A stretch of DNA of 64,000 bases from Mobula hypostoma. Taxonomy: Eukaryota. Shown here piece by piece: positions 25,198 through 36,009 of this stretch. The notes under the pieces are model-generated. The model was not told the origin of the DNA and did not search any database. It worked only from the letters and a program-made list of their open reading frames with translations. The first letter of the stretch is position 1. Each line of letters opens with the position of its first letter. Location: assembly GCF_963921235.1 (NCBI RefSeq), contig NC_086097.1:153142001-153206000 (forward strand). The letters run 5' to 3'. The translations under genes were made by a program, and so were the position numbers.

Positions 25198-27663
25198 ACT
25201 GAATTGAATTAAATTGACTTTATTACTTACATCGTTCAAGGACATGGCAGACCAATTGAATAATTACTTTGGTTCTGTCTTCACTAAGGAGGACATAAAT
25301 AATCTTCCAGAAATAGTAGGGGACAGAGGGTCCAGTGAGATGGAGGAACTGAGCGAAATACATGTTAGTAGGGAAGTGGTGTTAGGTAAATTGAAGGGAT
25401 TGAAGGCAGATAAATCCCCAGGGCCAGATGGTCTGCATCCTAGAGTGCTTAAGGAAGTAGCCCAAGAAATAGTGGATGCATTAGTGATAATTTTTCAAAA
25501 CTCGTTAGATTCTGGACTAGTTCCTGAGGATTGGAGGGTGGCTAATGTAACCCCACTTTTTAAAAAAGGAGGGAGAGAGAAACCGGGGAATTATAGACCG
25601 GTTAGGCTAACGTCGGTGGTGGGGATACTGCTGGAGTCAGTTATCAAAGATATGATAACAGCACATTTGGAAAGCGGTGAAATCATCGGACAAGGTCAGC
25701 ATGGATTTGTGAAAGGAAAATCATGTCTGATGAATCTCATAGAATTTTTTGAGGATGTAACTAGTAGAGTGGATAGGGGAGAGCCAGTGGATGTGGTATA
25801 TTTGGATTTTCAAAAGGCTTTTGACAAGGTCCCACACAGGAGATTAGTGTGCAAACTTAAAGCACACGGTATTGGGGGTAAGGTATTGATGTGGATAGAG
25901 AATTGGTTAGCAGACAGGAAGCAAAGAGTGGGAATAAACGGGACCTTTTCAGAATGGCAGGCGGTGACTAGTGGGGTACCGCAAGGCTCAGTGCTGGGAC
26001 CCCAGTTGTTTACAATATATATTAATGACCTGGATGAGGGAATTAAATGCAGCATCTCCAAGTTTGCGGATGACACGAAGCTGGGTGGCAGTGTTAGCTG
26101 TGAGGAGGATGCTAAGAGGATGCAGAGTGACTTGGATAGGTTGGGTGAGTGGGCAAATTCATGGCAGAAGCAATTTAATTTGGATAAATGTGAAGTTATC
26201 CACTTTGGTGGCAAAAATAGGAAAACAGATTATTATCTGAATGGTGGCCGATTAGGAAAAGGGGAGGTGCAACGAGACCTGGGTGTCATTATACACCAGT
26301 CATTGAAAGTGGGCATGCAGGTACAGCAGGCGGTGAAAAAGGCGAATGGTATGCTGGCATTTATAGCAAGAGGATTCGAGTACAGGTGCAGGGAGGTACT
26401 ACTGCAGTTGTACAAGGCCTTGGTGAGACCACACCTGGAGTATTGTGTGCAGTTTTGGTCCCCTAATCTGAGGAAAGACATCCTTGCCATAGAGGGAGTA
26501 CAAAGAAGGTTCACCAGATTGATTCCTGGGATGGCAGGACTTTCATATGAAGAAAGACTGGATGAACTAGGCTTGTACTCGTTGGAATTTAGAAGATTGA
26601 GCAGGGATCTGATTGAAACGTATAAAATCCTAAAGGGATTGGACAGGCTAGATGCAGGAAGATTGTTCCCGATGTTGGGGAAGTCCAGAACGAGGGGTCA
26701 CAGTTTGAGGATAAAGGGGAAGCCTTTTAGGACCGAGATTAGGAAAAACTTCTTCACACAGAGAGTGGTGAATCTGTGGAATTCTCTGCCACAGGAAACA
26801 GTTGAGGCCAGTTCATTGGCTATATTTAAGAGGGAGTTAGATATGGCCTTTGTGGCTACGGGGATCAGGGGGTATGGAGGGAAGGCTGGGGCAGGGTTCT
26901 GAGTTAGATGATCAGCCATGATCATAATAAATGGCGGTGCAGGCTCGAAGGGCCGAATGGCCTACTCCTGCACCTATTTCCTATTTTCTATATACATGAG
27001 TAAAAATCTTTACGTTACATCTCCGTTTAAATGTGCAACATGCAATTTATAGTAATTTGTAATAAATAGTATGTAAAACAGGACAGTCAATATAACATAG
27101 AAATACAATTGTATCAGCGTGAATTAATCAGTCTGATTGCCTGGTGGAAGAAGCTGTCCCAGAGCCTGTTGGTCCTGGTCTTTATGCTACAGCACCATTT
27201 CCCGGATGGTTACAGCTGCAAAAGTTTGTGGTTGGGGTGACCCAGGTCGCCAGTGACCTTTTGGGTCCTTTTTACACGTGTCTTTGTAAATGTCCTGAAT
27301 AGTGGGAAGTTCACGTCTACAAATGCACTGGGCTGTCTGCACCACTCTCAGCAGAGTCCTGCAATTAAGGGAGGTACAGTTCCCATACCAGGCAGTGATG
27401 CAGCCAGTCGGGATGCTCTCAATTGTGCCCCTGTAGAAAGATCTTAAGATTTGGGGGCCCATACCAAACTTATTCAACTGTCTGAGGTGAAAGAGGCACT
27501 GTTGTGCTTTTTTCACCACACAGCCAGTATGTACAGACCACATGAGATCCTCAGTGATGTGTATGCCAAGGAACTTAAAGCTGTTCACCCTCTCAATCCA
27601 AATCCATTGATGTCGATAGGGGTTAGCCTGTCTCCATTCCTCCAGCAGTCCACAACCAGCTCC
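25198..27663 (-). mobile_element. Rex1/Babar 3' fragment with (CAATT)n-like tail, split by CR1 (25198-25236 and 26991-27663)
   Basis: ORF 27187-27732: 'FKFLGIHITEDLMWSVH..KKAQQCLFHLRQL..FYRGTIESI..CITAWYGNC'. Confidence 0.85.
25237..26990 (+). mobile_element. Young CR1 subfamily A, 5'-truncated, with an uninterrupted RT reading frame
   Basis: ORF 25214-26902 (562 aa) has all RT motifs; its first codons come from flanking DNA. Inserted into the 3' end of a Rex1 element. Confidence 0.96.
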
Positions 27664-27887
27664 TATAACCACTGTAAAAAGCTTGCTGCAAGACCTGGTA
27701 AACCAGGAATGAGATGGGGTGGGCAGCCTCATATTTTCAAGCTACTCTTCATGTATCAGCAGCAGCGACAGAAAAGAGAAGAAAAATTACAAAATCTTTG
27801 AACTCAGCATGTAGATGAAATTTTACTCTTTAAACCTGATTCTGAGAAACACCAATATGCACATTGTTGCATTAATAAATGATTCTG

Positions 27888-29823
27888 AGATACATCCTGC
27901 GGATGCGCTGGGACGCATCATCAGTTGATGTAACCTGGGGTCGTCGGGTGTTTCAGGTCTTTCAACACCATACACCCTCGCCCCGGCGACCCAGCCGGGG
28001 TTGATCAGACCCCAGCTTGTGTCCCAGCAGCAATGGCCCACGGATCTCCTCTCCTGATCCATAGCCATCTGGAGGCTCTCTCAGCGGCCTCTGTGATGGT
28101 CCTGATCATTTTCCTCTTGCCAGTCAACAGTGATGCCAGGTAGGGTGTGGACTCTGCAGAGTGAGTGGCTGGCAGAACCCCTGCACCCCACTTCGATGGG
28201 CTCCCAGCGAGCCCTCCAGCCTTGTCCCCAGCACTGCTCCACCAGCTCCTGGTACTTGGCCCGCTTACGCTCATTTGCCTGCTCAATGTGGTCCTCCCAG
28301 GGAACTGTCAACTCAACGAGGACAACCTGCTTCGAGGACACTGAAGAAAGGACCACATCTGGCCTCAGAAAAGTTGTTGCTATTTGGTCGGGAAACTTCA
28401 GCTGCCTCCCCAGGTCAACTCCCCAGCCAGTCTGCTGAGGTGCTAAGCAGGCCCAGTGATGGTGCTGGTCTGGGCTGACGTAGGAGCTGTGATCCGGCTC
28501 TGACAAAGGAGATGTTCTTCCTCTGACCACTCTGTTTGCTGGTGGTCATGGCCATCGCAATGCTCTCTGCCACTGGCTTCAGCACCTGGTCATGACACCA
28601 CCGGTAGCAACCTTCCCCCAAGGCTTTAGGGCAGCTGCTAAGAATGTGCTCCAGTGATCATCTTCCTGAACAGAAAGGGCATGTTGGTGTATTGCTCTTG
28701 CTCCAGATGTGGAGGTTTGCAGGGCTTGGCAAGACATCATAGACAGCCTGGATCATAAATTTAGTGCGCTGGGGTTCTGCCTGCCAGATGTCAGAAAAGG
28801 AGATTTTCCACACCAGCGCATCTTCCCACCTTGTCCATTTTCCCTACTGCCGCATACACACCATCCTGCTATTCCTTTCCTCGTCAACGCCAGCCCGCAC
28901 TTCTTCCAGGATTAGTTGGTGCCTGTCCTTGCCTTTGCCCTAGTCATAGCGAGGTTGTGAAACAGAGCCCAGGCCCACTCGCACAGTTGACACTGATCCC
29001 ACCAGAGCCCTGTGTCTCAGCCGGGACTCTGCTACCACCAGCCCTCCCTGTGCCTTCCACTTCCTGGCCGTCCGTACCTGGATGCCTGCTGCTGCCACTT
29101 TAGGGTCCTTTGATTCTCTGTACTGCAGCACCTCTCTTGTGTGGGGAACCCTGAACTCCTCGTCCAGTTTGCTGAAGGGAAGTCACAGCTTATTGCACCT
29201 TCCGTACAATGCTGCACTGCTCAGACTACGAGGTAGGCCCAGCCACCTTCGAAAGTAGTTACTGACCTTCCTCTCCAGCAACTCCACAGTTGTCACAGGC
29301 ACCTTGTATATCAGTAGCGGCCACAGGATTCGGGGTAGGATGCCATGCTGGTAAATCCAGGCTTTGTACCTTCCAGGTAAACCTGACTTGTCCACCGTGG
29401 TAAGCCAGCTCTCATGCTCCTTGGAAGTTGATCGGATGGCAGCTGCATCTCTGAGGCTACAGTCAAAGACCTTCCCCAAGCTCTGACTGGCTTCTCGGTG
29501 ATAGATACAATTGTAGTGCCATCCAAGGTAAAATGAAACTTGTCCACTACTTTACCCTTCTTCAACACCATGAACCTGGATTTAGCTGGTTTGAAGCTCA
29601 TCCTTGCCCAAGCGATGAGCTTTTCCAGGCCCTGGAGGATCCACCTGCTGCCAGGAACTGACGTTGTCGTGACAATGAGGTCATCCATAAAGGCTCTGAT
29701 CGGGGGTTGCCAAACACCAGACTCAGTTAGCGGGCTTCTACACTCTGCCTCAGCTGCCTTGACTATCATATTCATGGCAAGGGCAAAGAGAATAATGGAG
29801 ATTGTGCACCCAGTTAAAACCCT
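27888..29823 (-). mobile_element. HERO-like non-LTR retrotransposon (RT, CCHC and restriction-like endonuclease), 5'-truncated and frameshifted
   Basis: 'AFMDDL', 'KSGLPGRYKAWIYQHGILPRILWPL', 'YRWCHDQVL', 'LRPDVVL..LVELTVPWED..ANERKRAKY..PIEVGCRG'. Confidence 0.9.
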
Positions 29824-30579
29824 TTCATAGCCACTCTGCTACTTGAATTTTTAAATAAGTTTGTATCCAGACTGATACAGCTCCTTTAATCCTTTAAGGT
29901 TTATATTTTAATGTCTATTACGTGACACATTATTAAATGCCTTTTGTAAGTCCACATGCAGATAGCAACCACACTAACTTCATCAGCAAACTCAATCAAG
30001 CTTATCAGGCATAATTTGCTTTTAATATATCCATTGTAGCAGTAATTTCTTAACCCATGTTTTTCCAAATAACACTTTCAGCTTGTGGACAAGGGAATTA
30101 ACGAGCCACTTATCACTCTCCCCTTTTTGGAATATTTGCAAGCTTCTAGGTTTGGAACTATCCTTATTTCTGAGAAAAAAAAGAAAAATTGTTGCTAGAA
30201 ATTGTTGTTTTAATGTTTATTACCTTCAGAATTCAAGGATGAATCTCATCCTAATCTCTGTGGCTCAGACTGTCTTAGGTCATTTTTTGGTTTTATTTAC
30301 CCTCTCAAATTACTCCATTTCCTCTTTGTTTTAGTGACCTTGAAGTATCTTCATATATTTTTTGCAGACTGTTGCAAATTACTTGAGTACACTGCCTCCA
30401 CAAGATGACCTCTATTTTTATTCATAATTGATCCTGTTTTTCCTTTAAGCACATTTGGTTCTATAAATTTATAAAGTTCTTCACAGCTGACTGATTTGTT
30501 ACCCACAAATGTTATGTCATGCATTCCACCTGCCACTCTCACTTCCTGACTCATTTATCTTCATCTTGTTCTTCAGGTT

Positions 30580-30610
30580 CTTTTTGTTCTTGTTCTTGTT
30601 CTTGTTCTTC
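30580..30610. repeat. (TTCTTG)n microsatellite
   Basis: Visible tandem hexamer. Confidence 0.7.
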
Positions 30611-31480
30611 TCCATCAACGTCATGGCTCTTTCCATGAGATGACACAATGATTGTTGGTGAATGAAGATCGCAGAATGAACAGTCAGAATCATTTACACT
30701 GCCATGTCTGTGATAAGCACTATGCTACAATTGGGTGGATTGTAAGCCTGCAGTATTAATACTCTCTAGAGAATGGGGGCTCAGGTATTAGTATAGCACT
30801 GTTATTTCAGCTGGTTGCCTGCATCAATCTATCATAAAGACTGTTCACTGGGGAATAGATAACTATCTTGATGGAGGCAATAAATTAGGCCATAAAAACT
30901 ATCCAGTTGAAAGGCACTAATTCAACTATCAAGACAGTAGTATCACAGTAAGGAAAACGCATGCTAATCTACCGTGTCACAGATCAACTTCATGTGTTTT
31001 CCAAATTCAGTTTGTTTCCATCTTTGGAATTACTTTGAAATTTCCTCTTTCCTTATTCAGTGCATTCAGTGGGTAGGAGAAGGCGTTGCTGCAGTTAGGC
31101 AGCCGAGGTGATATTGTAAAATTTTTTGTATGTATAAGTTATCTTCCCAGTTTGGGACAGTTCAGAACTGATCAGTATTTGCATGACAGACAGGAGTTAG
31201 TATGTGCTTCAGGGCAACAAGTGTATCTAAATACTGACAAGCCAGGTTTGTATACGAGCCTGGTTAAAGGTTACATTAATATCACAAATAATATTTGTGG
31301 AAGGAATTTCTATTATCAGAGTTTCTCCTAAGAGTAAGATCTTACCATCTCCTCCATTTACAAGTTTCAATTGTTTCTTAAAAAAGATTCAGAATGTTTT
31401 CATGCATCCCTGAAACTGAAGGTCTTTTCACTACTTTCCTAATAATAGGAATGATTAAGGATCAAGATTGCCTGGGATTG

Positions 31481-32166
31481 AGATTAGATTAGATTATGAG
31501 GACATGCAGTCCTCTTTTATTGTCATGTAGTAATGCATGCATTAAGAAATGATACAATGTTCCTCCAGAATGATATCACAGAAACACAAGACAAACCAAG
31601 ACTAAAATAACTGACAGAAACCACAGAATTATAACATATAGTTACAACAGTGCAAAGCAATACTGTAATTTGATAAAGAACAGACCATGGGCACGGTAGA
31701 AAGAAGTCTCAATGTCTCTCGAAAGTCCCATCATCTCACGCAGATGGTAGAAGGAAGAAAAACACTCCCTGCCATGAGCTTTCAGCACCGCAAACTTGCT
31801 GATGCAGCACCCTGGAAGTACCCGACCACAGCCGTCTCTTCAGTCCGTCCGAAAACTTTGAGCCTCCGACCAGCCCTCCGACACTGAGCACCGAGCACCA
31901 TCTCTGCCGAGCGCTTCGATCCTGGCCCCGGCAACAGGCAACAGGCAAAGCCGAGGATTTGGGGCCTTCCTCTCCAGAGATTCTCGATTGCACAGTAGCA
32001 GCGGCAGCGAAGCGGGCATTTCAGAAGTTTCTCCAGATGTTCCTCTGTGCTTCTCACATCCGGCTCCATCAAATCAGGATTGTGCACGGCATCCTACTTA
32101 CAAATACGATATCATTTCGGAGTGGCTGCGCGCGCTGCGTCACGCCGCTATCTTCTCCTCCCCTCC
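31481..32166 (-). mobile_element. Non-coding, non-autonomous retroposon with CpG-rich head and (AATCT)n tail
   Basis: (AGATT)3 at 31481-31495 on +, LINE-like 3' UTR with AATAAA, CpG-rich 5' end 'ggagaagatagcggcg'. Confidence 0.6.
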
Positions 32167-32764
32167 GATATTATAATATAATCATCATAGTCTAATCAAA
32201 TAATATGTTTGAGGGCAGAATGGCCCACTGCAATTGGCATGCTGAGAAAGCCACAATTCCTGTGAACAATAAAGTATACAAACTTCTAAGATTCATAGCT
32301 TCACCTACCAACATTCATCTTTGCGTGGTATATACCACTCAGTTTCAAGATTTTTACTCCATATTGGACTTATTTTTGTCTTTCTAGCAAATTGCTAGTG
32401 GGAGAGACAGGACAGCCCTGAAGAACTTTACTGCCTTTGTGTTGTCGTCCTTGTGAATGTAACATTGTCATTATCAGACCATGAGATCATTCATCTCTCT
32501 GCTGCTTCTGCTGCTCAGTGTCCTCACCACTTATAACTCAATGGATCGACTGTTTCCTGGAAAGGCAAATCCCACTGTTTATTCCTTATGAATGTCTGCA
32601 GCTAGAATGAGATTCTGGAAACAGAACTGAGGCTGACCTTAAATTTCCCCAGCCCAAAAAGGAAACCCTAAAGAAAATGGCCAACTTTCTCCATCTGTCT
32701 CAAGTGAACTATATCTGGTGAATTCAGATGGTGCTAAACCTCTGTTTTTGAGTATAAATATTTC

Positions 32765-35547
32765 CATAAGACCATAAGACAAAGGAGCAGAAGTAGGCCA
32801 TTTCGGCCCATCGAGTCTGCTCCGCCATTTTATCATGAGCTGATCCATTTTATCCTATTTAGTCCCACTGCCCCGCCTTCTCACCATAACCTTTGATGCC
32901 CTGGCTACTCAGATACCTATCAATCTCTGCCTTAAAGACACCCAATGACTTGGCCTCCACTGCTGCCCGTGGCAACAAATTCCATAGATTCACCACCCTC
33001 TGACTAAAAAAATGTTTTCGCATTTCTGTTCTGAAAGGGCGCCCTTCAATCCTGAAGTCATGCCCTCTCGTACTAGACTCCCCCATCATGGGAAACAACT
33101 TTGCCACATCCACTCTGTCCATGCCTTTTAACATTTGAAATGTTTCTATGAGGTCTCCCCTCATTCTTCTAAACTCCAAGGAATACAGTCCAAGAGCGGA
33201 CAAACGTTCCTCATATGTTAACCCTCTCATTCCTGGAATCATTCTAGTGAATCTTCTCTGTACCCTCTCCAACGTCAGCACATCCTTTCTTAAATAAGGA
33301 GACCAAAACTGCCCACAGTACTCCAAGTGACGTCTCACCAGCGCCTTATAGAGCCTCAACATCACATCCCTGCTCCTATACTCTATTCCTCTAGAAATGA
33401 ATGCCAACATTGCATTCGCCTTCTTCACTACCGACTCAACCTGGAGGTTAACTTTAAGGGAATCCTGTACGAGGACTCCCAAGTCCCGTTGCATCTCAGA
33501 ACTTTGAATTCTTTCCCCATTTAAATAATAGTCTGCCCGTTTATTTTTTCTGCCAAAGTGCATAACCATACACTTTCCAGCATTGTACTTCATTTGCCAC
33601 TTCTCTGCCCATTCTTCCAATCTATCCAAGTCTCTCTGCAGACTCTCCGTTTCCTCAGCACTACCGGCCCCTCCACCTATCTTCGTATCATCAGCAAACT
33701 TAGCCACAAAGCCCTCTATTCCATAATCCAAATCATTGATGTACAATGTAAAAAGAAGCGGCCCCAACACTGATCCCTGTGGAACACCACTGGTAACCGG
33801 CAGCCAACCAGAATAGGATCCCTTTATTCCCACTCTCTGTTTCCTGCCAATCAGCCAACGCTCTATCCACGTATGTAACTTTCCTGTAATTCCATGGGCT
33901 CTTATCTTGTTAAGCAGCCTCATGTTTGGCACCTTGTCAAAGGCCTTCTGAAAATCCAAATATACAACATCCACTGCATCTCCCTTGTCTAGCCTACTGG
34001 TAATTTCCTCAAAAAATTGTAATAGGTTTGTCAGGCAGGATTTTCCTTTAAGGAATCCATGCTGAGTTCTGCCAATCTTGTCATATGCCTCCAGGTACTC
34101 TGTAACCTCATCCTTGACAATCGACTCCAACAAATTCCCAACCACCGACGTCAAGCTAACAGGTCTATAATTTCCTTTTTGCTTCCTTGCCCCCTTCTTA
34201 AATAGCGCAGTGACATTTGCAATCTTCCAGTCTTCCGGAACCATGCCAGAATCTATCGACTTTTGAAGGATCATCGCTAATGCCTCCGCAATCTCCACAG
34301 CTACTTCCTTCAGAACACGCCGGTGCATTCCATCTGGTCCAGGTGATTTATCGACCTTTAGCCTATTCAGCTTCCTGAGTACTTTCTCTGTCGTAATTGT
34401 GACTGCGCACACTTCTCTTCCCTGCCACCCTTGAGTGTCCGGTATCCTGCTGTCTTCCTCAGTGAAGACTGATGCAAAATACTTGTTCAGTTCCTCTGCC
34501 ATCTCCTAATCTCCCATTACAATTTCTCCAGTATCATTTTCTATTGGTCCTATATCTACTCTCACCTGTCTTTTACTCTTTATATACTTGAAAAAGCTTT
34601 TAGTATCCTCTTCGATATTATTTGCTAGTTTCCTTTCATAGTTAATCTTTTCTCTCTTAATGACCTTCTTGGTTTCCTTTTGTAAGGTTTTAAAAATTTC
34701 CCAGTCCTCTGTCTTCCCACTAATTTTTGCTTCCTTGTATGCCCTCTCCTTAGCTTTAACTTTGGCTTTGACTTCTCGTCAACCACGGTTGCATCCTTTT
34801 TCCACTCGAAAATTTCTTCTTTTTTGGAATATACCTGTCTTGCACATTCCTCATTTCTCGCATAAACTCCAGCCACTGCTGCTCTGCCGTCTTTCCCGCC
34901 AGTGTCTCTTTCCAGTCAACTTTGGCCAGTTCCTCTCTCATGCCACTGTAGTTTCCTTTACTCCACTGAAACACCGACACATCAGATTTCGGCTTCTCTT
35001 TTTCTAATTTCACAGTGAACTCATTCAAGTTATGATCACTGCCTCCTAAGGGTTCCTTCACCTCAATCTCTCTAATCACCTCCGGTTCATTACACAATAC
35101 CCAATCCAGTACAGCCGATCCCCTAGTGGGCTCAACAACAAACTGTTCTAAAAAGCCATCTCGCAGACATTCTACAAATTCTCTCTCTTGAGATCCAGTG
35201 CCGACCTGATTTTTCCAATCTACTCGCATGTTAAAATCCCCCACAATTATCATAACACTGCCCTTCTGACAAGCCCTTTCTATTTCCTGTTGTAATTTGT
35301 AGTCCACATCCCTGCAGCTGTTTGGAGGCCTATAAATAACTGCCATCAGGGTCCTTTTACCCCTGCTATTCCTTAGCTCAACCCATAAAGATTCTGTACC
35401 TTCCGATCCTATATCACCTCTTTCTAATGATTTAATATCATTTCTTACCAATAAAACCACGCCTCCCCCTCTGCCTACCTTCCTATCCTTCCGATACACC
35501 GTGTATCCTTGGACGTTCAGCTCCCAGAGACATGCATCCTTTAGCCA
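32765..35547 (-). mobile_element. CR1 subfamily B, most of ORF2 (APE endonuclease plus RT)
   Basis: ORFs 34756-35589 ('IIVGDFN', 'GGSDHN') and 32859-34502 (547 aa RT); one frameshift near 34775 and a TAG near 34507. Confidence 0.96.
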
Positions 35548-36009
35548 GCACATTTCTGAGCACATAATTCCAGAAAAGTTGCATAGCATGCTCTTTGAAT
35601 GGAGAAATGATGAGTCAGTATGAATAATGAATAGTGGATGGATTCAATAAAACAATCCAGCAAGACCACACATGTTTTATATAAAACTGGTATAAATAGG
35701 TCATGAATTAATATAAAGCAATATACTAACATACTTAATATACTATCATGGTATAGTTCTTGGCAGTAGAGTTGCATCAATATTTTCCAGGAATTTTTAT
35801 CTTTGTTTTGTCTTTTCATCTCATTTTCTGACTGACTGCCAGGTATATTGCCTGTGTTTTTTTTTTCTACTTAGATAGAGCATAGTAACTTGACCAGAAG
35901 AACCCATAATATTACCTGAATTATGAACAGGTTAATCTGATCTCTCTTCACTGAAGCAACAACAAAGCACTAGAGGAATTCAGCAGGCCAGACATAAGTG
36001 TTTGCTTTG

